Source of the DNA: Torpedo marmorata
Taxonomy: Eukaryota
Direction of reading: 5' to 3'
DNA: 64,000 bases
NCBI GenBank assembly: GCA_977017645.1
Contig: OZ360219.1
Coordinates: 160,146,001 to 160,210,000 of the forward strand
Numbering within the stretch: the first letter of the stretch is position 1; every line of letters begins with the position of its first letter. Both the position numbers and the translations under genes were made by a program. The notes under the pieces were generated by a model that did no database searches, was not told the DNA's origin, and saw only the letters and a list, made by a program, of their open reading frames with translations. Below are positions 32,401 to 46,757 of the stretch, in pieces.

Positions 32401-34699
32401 TTGGAATTTCTCTGTTATCCACAATTAGCTCATGTTGCCACAAAATCAAATGATGTTTTTGAGAATGTTGTGCCAAAGGGAAGAAAGATAAGCCAGCTAT
32501 GTAAAGTCAGCTATAGCAAAATATTAGCAAGTATAATTTGAAATAAAAACAGAATTAAAATATACATGAGATTAATATGGTGTAGCCTGTGTCAATTTGA
32601 TGATACAAATCTTTTATCACAAATTGAATCATTTCTTTTTTAAACAATAACTAATTTGGAAAATAAAATAAGATGAATCTCAACCCTGCAAATTCTTCCT
32701 CACAATTGACTGGGACAGGTGTCTAAATTGGGAGAGGTAAACAGCAGAAGAGTTTGTCTGAATCTTCCAGATCTTTCTTGATTGCAGGGCAGGTTCCACA
32801 GGGAAAATTACACACAAGTCATTATTACAACAATAAAAAGAAGTGTATGCCTGGTCAGTTTAACCTTGTCGATGAAGCATTTTGAATTAATAATCAAGGA
32901 TAAAATTAATATCAGAAAAAAATTAGTTAATAAAGGAGATTCGGGGGGGCATGGTTTGATGGCGTAGGTTGGAGACGTGGAAATACAACTCTCCCCACAG
33001 ATTTAATCAAAAACTGTTCATAAGAAACTTTATTTAATTTTAAAATAAGTTAAGAGTGTTTAGTAAAGGCTTAAGAATGGCTACAAGAAAAACGAAAGAA
33101 CAAAAGGCAAGGAAAGTAGTGCTTCAACAAAGTTTATTTCAAGATGAAGACCGGCCTACCTGCTTGATGGAGCCTCAGGTTCAAGTGTCTCTCCCTCCCA
33201 GGAACACTCGGACGAGGGCGCCGAGAGCGATTGAAGCGCTGGCGCTGCCGTCCTGGGGAGCTGGGGAAGATGGCGCTGGTGCTTAAAGGAAGATGACAGA
33301 ACTACAAATTTCAAGTGAGCAACCGCGCATGCGCGAAACGGTGCGCATGCGCGATAGACAACGGGAGCTGTCAGCTAAAGCTGACGGCAAAAGAGACGTC
33401 CCACAATCATTACAATATGATGTGGGACTTGAAACTTCATCAGATTCAGAAGATAAAAAGAGAGAAGAAAGAAGTAATGGAGGAGGAAATAGAAGAAATG
33501 GAGGGAGAGGCTGAAGAATCAAGTGAAGAAGAGATTGAAGTATCTGTCGCTCAACAACAAATACTTAAGGCTATTGATAACTTAAAGCAGATGTCAAAGA
33601 TGGAACATCGTTTGGAACTTAGACAATGGAATTGAAGAAGAAATAAAAGCTAACAAGCAAGATATGAGAAGACATAAATACTGTGAATATAGTAAAAGTG
33701 AAAGTTCAAGAAATTGAAAAAGAGGTTAAAGAACATTATGAAGAAATGGTGGAGTATAAAGATAGAGTTGATAAAGTAGAAGATTCATTTACAGGTTGGG
33801 AGCAGAAAAGAAATGAACTTTTACAAAAGCTGGATGTATTGAACAATCAGAGTCAGAGGAACAATATTAAAATTGTGGGATTACCTGAAAATTTTGAAGG
33901 GTATGATACGACTCCATTCTTTCAAAAATGGATTCCAGATGTTCTGGGTATTGAAAATTTTCCGTTTTGGCTGGAGTTAGAGAGAGCACATAGAGTTGGT
34001 AGGGGGAAACTGTATCCTGGTCAAAGGCCACGTTCAGTTTTAGTCAAATGTCTTTGATATCCGGATAAAGAGAAGGTATTGAAATTAGCTGTTCAAAATG
34101 CTAAGTTGCAGAAAGGTCCATTGATGGTTCAGGAGAATAGAGTTTTCTTTTATCCTGTTTTAAGTTCAGTTATAGTTAAAAAACGAAAGGAATTTAATCC
34201 AGCAAAAGCGATTTTTTGGAATAAGGGATATAAGTTTTTGTTTAGATATCCTGCGGTTTTGAAGGTTCAGTCTTCAGGGAATCAATCTTGTTTTTTTACG
34301 GATTGTCAACAAGCTTGCCAACATGCAAATTCCCTTCCGTATTTTGAGAAAGATCAAGATTTGATGGAACATCACCAAGTTCAAGATATTTCACTGTCGC
34401 AAGTTTCTTTGCCAAGTACTTCAGAAAAAGGGGATGAGGTCGGGATCGAGATTGATGACGACCAAGTTCATAAGGACCTTGAAGAAGCTAAATGAAGATA
34501 TGATAATAAATGTTGTGTAAAATCTGTTGGGGGGGGGGAATTTTGTTTTCTTCTTCCTAGTCGCACACCACTTTAGTGGCGAGGGCCACTTCCCGAGTAA
34601 TGGAGGGGGGTAATACTGGGGTAATTTTGCCAGTATGGTATACAGTGGGGTTTTGTTTCTTTTTTATTTTCTTTTTCTTTCTTTCTCTTTTTAAGGAGA

Positions 34700-34978
34700 T
34701 GCCATGCCCTCTTCACGCTGCTTCCATCGGGGAAAAGGTACAGGAGCCTAAAGACGAGCACTCAACGGCACAAGGTCAGCTTCTTCCCCGCTGCCATCAG
34801 ATTACTGAACAATCAATGAACCAAAGACACTAGTGCACTATTGTTTATAATTTTTTTTATATAGTAATGTCGTTAGAATGGTTAATATGAATGTTAATTG
34901 CACTATGATGCTGCCGCAAAGCACCGAATTTCATGACTTGTTCATGACAATAAATTCTGATTCTGATTCTGATTCTGA
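34700..34978 (+). mobile_element. Rex1/Babar 3' tail inserted in the L1 inter-ORF spacer
   Basis: Matches the reverse complement of 14159-14430 and 53627-53890; ends GACAATAAA(TTCTGA)4. Confidence 0.8.
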
Positions 34979-37013
34979 ATGTGGAGGAGGGTGCTGGATG
35001 ATCTGATGGAGAGAGAGTTATTAAGAATTAGTAATGGTGGATAGTAAATCAATAAATGTAGTAAGTATTAATATAAATGGGCTAAATAACCCGATTAAAA
35101 GGAAGAAAACTAGCGTATATTAAAAATTTAAATGTAGACATAGCTATTTTACAAGAGACACATTTGACAGATTTAGAACATCAGAAGTTGAAGAGAGAAT
35201 GGGTTGGTCAAGTGGTTGCATCTTCATTTAATTCTAAAGCAAGAGGAGTTGCTATATTAGTTAATAAAAATTTACCTTTTAAAATACAATCTGTGGTTAT
35301 AGATGTGGCAGGAAGATATATTTTAATAAATTGTCAGATATATTCAGAAATGTGGACACTTATGAATATATATGTACCAAATATGGAAGATGAACAATTC
35401 ATCAAGATTCTTTTATGCATTTGTCAGAAGCTAATGATAATATCTTAATTGGTAGGGACTTTAATTGTTGTTTAGATCCGATAATGGATAAAACATCGAA
35501 ATCAGTTATTAAAACTAAAATTGCTAAAAGAATTCTTATTTTGATGAAAGATTTAAATTTAATAGATATTTGGAGAAAGTTGAATCCAAGAGAAAAAGAT
35601 TATTCTTTTTATTCTTTTAGACATGATTCATATTCTAGGATAGATATGTTTTTATTGTCCTCACAAGTACAAGATAGGGTAACACAAGCACATTATAAAA
35701 CAAGAATAATTTCTGATCATTCGCCTTTATTAATGTCTTGTATAATTCCAGAAAAAGAAAAAACTATATATAGGTGGAGATTTAATTCCTCTTTATTAAA
35801 AAGAATGGATTTTTGTAATTATATAAGAGAAATTCAAGAATTTTTACAGATTATTTCTAATTCGATTGATAATAAATTTATTATTTGGGAAGCTTTAAAG
35901 GCTTATTTAAGAGGCCAAATAATAAGTTAATCAGCAAAAGTTAAGAAGGAATATGTTCAGAAGGTGGATAATTTGGAGAGGGAGATTGAATTCTTGGAGA
36001 AGGACTTGCAAAAAAAGAGATCAGAAGAAAAGATGAAAAATGTAATGAGAAAAAAATTGCATTTTAATATGTTACAAACATATAAAATGGAAAAATTAAT
36101 TGATAGAACTAAGCAAAGATATTATGAATTGGGAGAAAGAGCACATAAAGTGTTGGCGTGGCAATTAAAGAAAGATCAAACCTCCAAAACTATAAATGCC
36201 ATAAAAAAGAATTCCAAGAAAATAACATATAAACCTCAAGAAATAAATGATTATTTTAAGGATTTTTATTTGAATTTATTTAAATCTCAAATTGATAAAG
36301 ATGATTCTAAAATTAATGAATTCCTATCTAAAATTAAGTTACCTAGATTAAATACTCAAAGTAAAGAACTTTTAGATTTGTCTTTTTCAATGAGGGAAGT
36401 TAATGATGTTCTTAGTTCTTTAACGAGTGGTAAATCTCCAGGGGAGGATGGTTTCCCATCAGAATTTTATAAGAAGTTTAAAGATTTATTGATACCTCCA
36501 TATATGGATGTGTTGAAACAAATAACAAAAACTCATTCGTTACCGGAAACATTTTCGAATGCAATAATTACAGTTATACCTAAAAAAGATAGAGATGTGT
36601 TGAAAACAGAATCATATAGACCAATTTCATTGTTAAATGTGGATTATAAGATAATGGCAAAAATTTTAGCAAATAGAGTGGCTAAATATTTACCAGATTT
36701 AATCCATGTAGATCAAGCTGGTTTATAAAAGGGAATTCTAAATTATTATTAACAGGAGGGAAAAAATCTCCTATTTTTAAACATTTGTTAGAAATATGGA
36801 ATAGAGTGGATAGGGAGATAGGAGGGAAAGGGTTAATTTCTTGAAAAATGCCTTTATATCAAAATAAACTTTTTACATTCACTGTTGATAATCAATTATT
36901 TTAAATTTGGTTCCAAAAGGGAATTAAGAAAATAAATGATTGTTTTGAAGCTAGTAAATTTATTACTTTTCAAAGAATGAAAGAAAAGTTTAATATATTA
37001 AATATATTAAATC

Positions 37014-37845
37014 GAGAAGATGGCGACGCTGCCGGAGCCACTGTAGCGGCAGCGCTGCCGCTAGTGTGGACCCGCGAGGAGCGTGGGAGCGGAGATACAG
37101 CGCTCCCGCGGGGTCCAGCCGCCCAGTCGACTGCCGTCGGTTCCGCACAGGCTTTGAAGGAGCTGACGGTGGTTTTATTTGAGATCCCGTGACCGCGGGG
37201 TCTGCGCCCAAGATGGCAGTGCCTATTAATCGGCAGCAGCCACGAGGGGCTGCAGACTCCGGGGAAGCGGGGGACTGGAGCAGGGCACCAGTGGACGGGA
37301 AGATCACCCCCGTCTGAGAAGGAGAAGCGGAGGAGACGACCCACGGGACGGTGAGCACAGCGGCGGACCGGTGAGGGGCTCTGAGGCTGAAGGACCAGTG
37401 CATGCGGCGGGCTGCTGGCGACTCGAGGCGAGAAACCCGCGGAGGCTGTGGGCTGCTGGAGACTGCTGTCGGGGGACTCACGACGGGCTGCAGACTGCTG
37501 GAGGTTGGCTCGAACTGGCTGGAGGAGTACCAGGTATCGGAACCGGGATGTGAGGGGGTGCCGAGGGCGACCTGACCGAGTTGGAGGTTCGGATCTGGAG
37601 CTCGGGATGCCGATCGTTTGGACTGGACTCTGTGTGGCTGCGGAAGCGCTGGAGGCGAATCTATGGACACTCGGTGACTCTGGGGGGACTCTCTTTTGCT
37701 TCTCTTTCTCTGACTGTAAGGAATGTTAGAGGCGCTTAGGCAATTTCTGCCGATGGCGAATCTGTCTGCCTTGCAGCAGGCAAAAAGAAATTTCGTGGTA
37801 TATGACACTGTCTTATTGCTGTGACAATAAATTGAATCTTGAATC
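37014..37845 (+). mobile_element. GC-rich non-autonomous retroposon (copy 2) inserted in L1 ORF2
   Basis: Starts AAGATGGCG and ends GACAATAAATTGAATCTTGAATC; L1 sequence resumes on both sides. Confidence 0.75.
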
Positions 37846-40703
37846 TAATACACTTTTTCCTTATTATCAAATTAGAGCATTTTTAGTTGAAAGGTTGGGT
37901 TATAGTTTGACTTTACCAAGACAAAGTGAACTGGAATTATTAGTTACTAATGGAGGTGTAAATAAATTTATTTCTCAAATGTATAGATTGTTACAGAGGA
38001 AAATGCCCAAATTAGGAATTCATAAATCAAGATTAAAATGGGAATCAGATCTGAATGTAATAACAGATGAAGAACATTGGAATGAACTATGTAAACAAAG
38101 TATGACGAAGATTATTAACGTTAGATATAGTTAGTGCAACATGCAGAACTTCGTTCAGCTATACCACTTGAAAAAATTACTTATAATATACGTAATAAAT
38201 ATCATTTATTTTTGAAAATATGCAGCCCATATATAAAAACTGTCGGTTTAAAGATTTGAAGATCTCTGGATATCAGATCTAACTGGCGAAACTATCTTCC
38301 ACAATAATATTAGCTTATAGTTGTTCTTTTTTAGATTGACATTCTCCTTACTTTATCTTTTTCTTTTCTCTCTCTTTCTTTTTATTTTACTAGTATAGTA
38401 GGGGTGGGATGTTAGGGAGGGGAGGGAGGGAGGGGGGGGTGAAAATATGTCACATGTATTTTGATAATTTTGCATTTTATAATATGTATTATTGAGTGAT
38501 TTAAAATTTTAAATAATTTTTTTTTAATTAAAAAAAAAGTTTGTGTGTGTAGAGCATTACTGATGTCCAGAGTTGGGAAGATCGTAGTGGTTGAATGGGC
38601 ATCAAAAACACAATATTAGTTCTATCTGAGAAAGATGATTAATTTAACAGAAAATTTTCGACAAGCCGGACCTTTCCTCTGAATGGTCAAGAAGTAGCTC
38701 GAGTCCTTCATGTTTCTGAAAGATTTGCTAAGTTTGATATTAAAGTAATGTTTTCAGTTGTGGAATGATGCTTGAAATTTAAATTACTGAAACTCAAACT
38801 ACACAAGTGGATGCTTTTTAATTCAGATTCAAGGTCTCAAAGAAATTATCAAAGGGAATTTAAAAAATGGAGGGGAATGTAATTTCATTCTTATTTCAAT
38901 AAAAAACACAAGAGCAATTGTGTTTTGCTTTTTGTCAAGTTTTTTTGCCTTACATTGCGAAAATGAACATAAAACAAAAAACTCAATATCTTTTGAGAAT
39001 ATTTCAGATCTCACAATTAGCAGTTTGAAACATTCATATACTTGTTCCTTCTTTTAAGGGTCTTGAATACCTATGTCAGTTCTGATCACATGCTAGCTTT
39101 TACCTCGTACAGCAGCATTTAATTCTCAAAGGTCATCATTTTGCGTTGAAAGGCACTGCAATACAAGTGGAGGTAGCAAGAAAGCCAAATTTAACATGCA
39201 TTGTCAGTTTTAAATGTTAACATCAACGCATATAGGTTAATTAGATTAGCCATGAAAATTTAGGAGGGGGAAAGAGTATCAGAGTGCTGAGAATGTTTTA
39301 CAGGACAAAGATTGTTCTCAAAATATTTGTTGTAAACTAGATTTTTGAAATATGAGAAATGATTTATGATTTAGATTAAGAAAATTAGAATTCCCCACTG
39401 GGTGGAATAGTAATTATCCTTAAATGGCTGAATTTGTTCTTTTAAAAAAGTACATTCCACATATGGATATCCTAAGCAGTGTCAATTTTGCAACTAGCTT
39501 GTAAAAACACTTGCTTTGTTCAGAAGTTGTTTTTAATGACCAGATGCCAAATATTAAAATTCCCCTGCTATGCCATCTCTTTTTCAACAGCATTGAACAG
39601 TTCCAAAAAGAACAAAAATCACTTGAAACTTTAGGGAAAACGTATCACCTTTCTCCTTAGCTCCCTGGAACCATCCGGTCCCAATAGTGCCCTTCAGCAT
39701 TTCAAACTTTAACTAAGTTACAATTCTCAGAAGAGTTTTAATTTCAATTTCTTTCCATCCCTTTGTTTCTTCTTGACTGAGACATGTTCAAGATGTCAAT
39801 TAACAATTTCTCCTCAAATTTCGACTGATCTATATTTTCTGAATTTTATTTTCCAGGTCATACAACCAACCCAGTTAGTTTAGATAGATAAAAAAAGTGT
39901 TGATTTGATATGATATAAAATAATTTTATTTGCGTTGAAGTATTCAAGATATACTATACAAACTACTCCTACAATCAGAAGTTGGTCACTGTCACAGCAC
40001 TGGGAGAAAGAAGAAAATATATGAAGAAATGGAGAGAGAAGTAGAAGAGATGGAGGGAGAGGAAAGAGAAATAAGTGAAGGAGAGGAAACAGTTATTTCA
40101 AGGTAAACAGGAAATATCAGCTACTCTTATTCAAGCTATCAATAACTTAACAAAACAAGTGTCTACAATGAATCAACGTATGGAATACAGATTTACAGTT
40201 ATGGATAGTAATTTTACTGAGTTTAAGGAAGAAATGAAAGATATTAAACATGATATGAAAAAAAATATGCAACTGTTGTGGATAAAGTAATACTGAAAGC
40301 CCAGAAAATTGAACATGAGGTTAAAGAATGTCGTGAAGAAATGGTGGACTGTAAAGATATAGTGGATAAAATGGAAGATTCATTTACAGGCTGGGAGCAA
40401 CAAAGAAATTAACTTTTACAAAAAATAGACACATTGGAGAATCATAGTCGGAGAAATAATGTTAAGATTGTGGGATTGCCTGAAGATTATAAAGGGATAA
40501 ATAAATTCAACTGAATTTTTTCAAAATTGGATTCCAAAAATTTTGGGTATTGAAAATTTTCCAAATGGACTTGAATTAGATAGAGCCCATAGAACTAATA
40601 GAAAGAAACCATATCCTGGACAAATGCCACGCTCAGTGTTAATTAGATGTCTTCGTTACCAGGATAAAGAGAAGATATTGAGATAAGCTGTTCAAAATGC
40701 TAG

Positions 40704-41609
40704 TGTTATGGACCATGACTGACCATTTGGACTGCGGACGGTTGGCAGGAAGGATGAATTCTTTTGGAGTATACACTGGGGACAGGTACTGAAAGAGTTA
40801 ACTTCCCCAGCTACTTGGTGTACCCAGACAAGATACATTGTTGCACACTTCTGGTGTACCCAGACAGAGAGAGACCAGAGAGAGAGACAGAGACAGGCTG
40901 GAGAAGATACATTTGTTTCACTTCTGCAAAAAGCAGGGGCAGATCTCTGCAAAGCAGACAGTTGTGAGTTGCAAGGCTACTGAACACAGCCAGTATCCAG
41001 TTTTGTGTGCAAAATGTCAGAGAAAGACTGACAGAATAGCACATGGCCTCCTGTCTCAGAGAAAAATTCTGAGAAAAGCAACTTCTGTGGAGAACAGGCG
41101 TGAGATCAGCGAGACTAGCTGTGAGATTCAAGCATACGCCTAAATCAGTGGTATACTGATCTGGAACTTGCAATCCTTATGAACCTACAAGAAGGGGACG
41201 TCATCAGAGAAGAAAACAAGTATTTGTAAGCATAATCAGTCATTGTCTCTCTCCAACGTTCATTCAGAAGTACTTCTACCAGACCCAGAGCTGAAGTGAA
41301 GCCTGAACTTAGAGAGTGAATCTTGTGGACTGTTTATCTTTTTTTTGACTGACTTGTTGTTTTATGACTGACCTGGGGTTTTTGGGGAAAGTTTTTCCAT
41401 TTTTTTCATAAGGGTTGGGCACAGACTGTAATGGTCTGGGCTTTACACACACACACATACACCTTTTAGATAAGAATAGAGTTTATAGACGTTTATAGTG
41501 GGGTTAATTGTTGTGAAATTATATGTTTACTTGTGTTTAATAAATAATAATTTCAGTTTTACCCTTTTTGCATTGTGTCTTCTGTCGTTGCTGGTTTGAT
41601 TCTGTAACA
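40704..41609 (+). mobile_element. Solo LTR (906 bp, Gypsy/ERV-type) inserted in L1 ORF1
   Basis: TGTTA...TAACA ends; 4-bp TSD CTAG (40700-40703, 41610-41613); AATAAA near the 3' end; L1 ORF1 frame continues across the site (AVQNA|RKNQSPLM). Confidence 0.85.
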
Positions 41610-44600
41610 CTAGAAAGAACCAAAGTCCATTGATGATCAATAAAAATAGGGTATTTTTCTATGCCGATTTAAGTGTAGCAGTAATTAAAAAGCGAAAAGA
41701 ATTTAATCCAGCCAAAGCAATATTTTGGAACAAGGGATATAAATTTTCATTTAGATATCCAGCGACACTGAAGGTACAGTCTGGAGAGAATCAGTCATCT
41801 TTCTTTACTGACCATCAAGAAACTTTGATGTATGCTAATTCACTTCTAAATTTAAAGAAAGATTAAGATTTTACTCAGCAATCGTTGTCAAGAGGGCAAT
41901 CTCAAGTTACTATGGAATCGACTCAACAGTTTTTGGAGAACTTGCCTCAATTAAAAACTTTGGGACAAGAAGAAATAGATGATGATCAAGTTAACAGAGA
42001 TCTTGAAAATGCTGAACTAGGATGAAGAAACGATAACAAATATTATGTAAAATCTGTTTGGGGGGGGGTGGACTTTTTTTTTGTCTTCTCCCTACCTAAC
42101 CACACGTCACCTTAGTGGCAAGGGTCACTTCCCGAACAGTAGAGGATGGTAGTACTGGTATAATATACCTGTATTATATCTCTTTTTTCTCTTTTTTTTT
42201 TAATATATATAATTTTTTGGGTTTTTTTTTCTCTTCTTTTTTTTTCTAAGGAGATGTCAAATGTATTACAAATGTGGAAGGGGGAACCAATCGGATGGAT
42301 AGAGAGAAACTTACTAAATATTAGAAATGGCAGATAGCAAATTAATAAATGTGGTAAGTATTAATATAAATGGGCTAAATAATCTGATTAAAAGGAAGAA
42401 AACTTTAGCATATATTAAAAAAATTAAAAGTTGATATAGCTTTTTTTATAAGAGACACGGTTGACAGAAAAAGAACATCAGAAGTTGAAAAGAGAATGGG
42501 TTGGTCAAGTGGTAGCACCATTTAATTCTAAAGCAAAATGAGTTGCTATATTAATTAATAAAAAGTTACCTTTTAAAATACAATCTGTGGTTATAGATGT
42601 TGCAGGAAGATTTGTCTTAATAAATTGTCAAATATACTCAGAAATGTGGACACTTATGAATATATATGTGCCAAATATCGAAGATCAACAATTTATTCAA
42701 GACTCTTTTATGCATCTGTCGGAAGCAAATGATAATATTTTAATTGGCGGAGATTTTAATTGTTGTTTAGATCCAATAATGGATAAAACATCAAAATCAA
42801 TTACTAGAACTAAAACTGCTAAAATAATTCTTACTTTGATGAAAGATTTAAATTTAACAGATATTTGGAGGAAGTTGAATCCAAAAGAAAAAGATAATTC
42901 TTTTTACTTTTTTAGACATGATTCTTATTCTAGAATATACATGTTTTTATTGTCATCACAATTAGAAGGAAAGGTGACTCAAACGCAATATAAAGCTAGA
43001 ATAATTTCCGATCATTCGCCTATTTAATGTCATGTATAATTCCAGAAAAAGAAAAAATGATATATAGATGGAGATTTAATTCTTCTTTATTGAAAATAAT
43101 GGACTTTTGTAATTATATAAGAGAAATTCAAGAATTTTTACAAATTAATTCTAACTCGACTAATAATAAATTTATTATTTGGGAAGCTTTAAAGGCTTAT
43201 TTAAGAGGTCAAATAATAAGTTATTCAGTAAAAGTTAAGAACGAATATACTCGGGAATTGGATAATTTGGAGGGAGATTGAGTTTTTGGAGAAAGATTTG
43301 CAAAAAAGGGAACTGAAGAAAAGAGAAAAAATTTAATTAAGAAGAAATTGCATTATAATTCGTTACAAACATATAAAATGGAAAAGTTAATTGGAAGAAC
43401 TAAGCAAAGATATTACGAATTGGGAGAAAGAGCCCATAAAGTGTTAGCGTGGCAATTAAAGAAAGAACAAACTTCTAGAACTATAAGTGCTATAAAAAAG
43501 AATTCAAAGAAAATAATATTTAAACCTCAAGAAATAAATGATTAATTCAAAGAATTTTATTTAAATTTATATAGGTTTCAAGCTGATAAAGATGAATCTA
43601 AAATTAATGAATTTTTGTCCAAAATTAAGTTACCGAGATTAAATAGTCAAAGTAAAAATTTTTTAGATGCATCATTTACGATGAGAGAAGTTCATGATGC
43701 TCTTAGTTCCTTAACAAGTGGAAAGTCTCTGGGGAGGATGGTTTGCCACCAGAATTTTATAAGGAATTTAAAGATTTATTGATAAATAAATGTTAAAACA
43801 AATAACAGAATCTCATTCTCTACCGGAAACATTTTCAAAAGCAATAATAACAGTTATACCTAAAAAAGAGAGAGATTTGTTGAAAACAGAATCATATAGA
43901 CCAATTTCATTGTTAAATGTGGATTATAACATAATGGCAAAATTTTTAGCAAATAGAGTGGCAAGATATTTACCAGATTTAATACATGCAGATCAGGCGG
44001 GTTTTATTAAGAATAGATATTCAAAGGATAATATTGCCAGATTGATTAGTTTAATAAATGTGGCACAAAAGAAAGAGGACTTAGCACTAGTATTAACATT
44101 AGATGCCGAAAAGGCTTTTGATAGATAAGAATGGAATTATTTATTCAAAGTGTTGGAAAAATTTTGTTTTGGAATTACATTTATTAATTGGATTAAAACT
44201 ACAAATAAAGAACCCTCTGCTAAGGTGGTGACAAATTTCTTCAAAATTTTTGTTGACTAAGTTAACTACACAAGGATGTCCTTTATCGCCAGCATTGTTT
44301 ATTTTAGCAATAGAACCTTTACCAGAGTTAATTAGACAAGATATTAATATTGTAGGTATTAAAGTTGGAAAAGAACATAAAATTAGTTTATTTGCAGATG
44401 ATGTATGGATTTACATGACAAAACCTATTAATTCTTTAACACAATTGACTGTTTTATTGAGAGAATATGGGGAAATATCTAGTTATAATATTAATTCTGA
44501 TAAAAGTTAAATTATGCCATTGACACAGGGAGACTATAATAAATGTAAAGAGACTACACGATTTAAATGGTCAAATATTTGGGAATAAAAATAGATACAA

Positions 44601-46244
44601 AATTAAGTAATTTATATAAATTAAATTATTTACCTTTACAGTATTTATTAATATTAAAAAGGATTTAGAGAGTTGGAAAGATTTACCTATAACTTTAATA
44701 GGAAGGATAAATTGTATCAAAATGAATATTTTTCCAAGAATTCAATATATTTTTAAATCAATTCCTTATGAAATTCCTCAAAAATTCTTTAAGGATTTAA
44801 ATTTAGTTATTAGGAAATTTTTGTGGAAAGGAAAGTTGGCTTGAGTACGTATAGAGAAGTTAACTTTGAATTATGAATTGGGAGGTTTACAACTTCCCAA
44901 TTTTCAAAATTATTATAAGGCAGCTCAATTAAAATGTATTAATGAAATGTATGATTGAGAAAAATCTTCTGCTTGGATTAGAATAGAATTAAATAATATA
45001 GGAGAGGATTCGAAAGAAGCAGTTATTTATAAATGGAATTCTAAATTACTATTACGGGGAGGTAAAAATTCTCCTATTTTAAAACATTTGTTAGAAATAT
45101 GGAATAAAGTTGATCGGGAGATAGGAGGGGAAAGGGTTAATTTCTCATAAAATGCCTTTATATCAAAATAAACTTATCCCATTTACTATTGATAATCAAT
45201 TGTTTAAAATTTGGTTTCAAAAAGGGATTAAAAGAGTAAATGATTGTTTTGAAGCTAGTAAATTTATTACTTTCCAAAGAATGAAAGAGAAGTTCAATGT
45301 ACCAAATAATACACTTTTTGCTTATTATCAAATAAGAACATTTTTAGTTGAAAAGTTGGATCATAGTTCAATTTTACCAAGACAAAATGAATTGGAATCA
45401 TTAGTTACTAATGGGGGTATAAATAAATTTATTTCTCAAATGTATAGATTGCTACAGGAAAAAATGCCTAAGCCAGGAATTCATAAATCAAGATTAAAAT
45501 GGGAATCAGATTTGAATGAAATAATAGATGAAGAACATTGGAAAGAAATATGTAAACAAAGTATGACGAAAATTATTAATGTTAGATATAGGTTAGTGCA
45601 ATACAACTTTTTGCATCAATTATATTTAACGCCCTGCTTGGATTAGTATAGAATTAAATAATATAGGAGAAGATTTGAAAGAGGAAGTTATTTATAAATG
45701 GAATTCTAAATTATTATTAACAGCAGGGAAAAACTCTCCTATTTTTTAAACATTTGTTAGAAATATGGAATAGAGTGGATAGGGAGATAGGAGGGAAAGG
45801 ATTAATTTCTCGAAAAATGCCTTTATATCAAAATAATCTTATTCCATTTACTATTGATAATCAATTATTTAAAATTTGGTTCCAAAAGGGAATTAAGATA
45901 ATAAATGATTGTTTTGAAGCTAGTAAATTTATTACTTTTCAAAGAATGAAAGAAAAGTTTAATATATTAAATAATACACTTTTTGCTTATTATCAAATTA
46001 GAGCATTTTTAGTTGAAAGGTTGGGTTATAGTTTGATTTTACCAAGACAAAGTGAACTGGAATTATTAGTTACTAATGGAGGTATAAATAAATTTATTTC
46101 TCAAATGTATAGATTGTTACAGAGAAAAATGCCTAAATTAGGAATTCATAAATCAAGATTAAAATGGGAATCAGATCTGAATGTAATAATAGATGAAGAA
46201 CATTGGAAAGAACTATGTAAACAAAGTATGACGAAGATTATTAA

Positions 46245-46757
46245 ATTACAGGAAGGATACAAACAGAATAGAGAGAGTGCAGAGGAGATTTACAAGAATG
46301 TTGCCTGGGTTTCTGGGTTTGAGTTATTGGGAAAGGTTGAACAGGCTGGGACTTTATTCCCTGGAGCATAGAAGGTTGAGGGGTGATTTGATAGAGGTAT
46401 TTAAAATTATGAAAGGGAAAGATAGAGTCAATGTGGACAGGATTTTTCCATTGAGAGAGGGGAAGATTCAAACAAGAGGGCATGGATTGAGATTGAAGGG
46501 GGGAAAGTTTAGAGGAAACATGAGGGGGAATTTCTTCACTCAGAGGGTGGTAGGAGGGTGGAACGAGCTTCCGGCCGAAGTGGTAGATGCAGGTTCAATT
46601 TTAATTTTTAAGGAAAAGTTGGATAGGTATATGGACGAGAGAGGTGTGGAGGGTTATGGGCCGGGTGCAGGTCAGTGGGACAAGGTGGGAGAATGTGTTC
46701 GGCATGGACTAGAAGGGCCAAACTGGCCTGTTTCTGTGCTGTAAATGTTATATGGTT
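46245..46757 (+). mobile_element. CR1 3' fragment inserted in L1 ORF2
   Basis: QRRFTRMLPG...LEHRRLRGDLIEVFKI...TRGHGLRL...FFTQRVV. Confidence 0.88.

Larger units (their letters stand above)
32943..38538 (+). mobile_element. Near full-length degenerate L1 (5' UTR, ORF1, ORF2 with internal deletions, 3' UTR)
   Basis: ORF1 pieces 33077-34495 (RNNIKIVGLPE, ELERAHR, PRSVLV); ORF2 pieces 35034-38258; two nested insertions; A-tail at ~38530. Confidence 0.88.

Noticed and set aside
39649-39712. Possible extra minus-strand exon (LKFEMLKGTIGTGWFQGAKEK) with AG/GT ends
   Set aside because: 64 bp would break the frame between the 72-bp LRR exons, it has no LRR pattern, and the flanking exons are already consecutive in ADGRA proteins.
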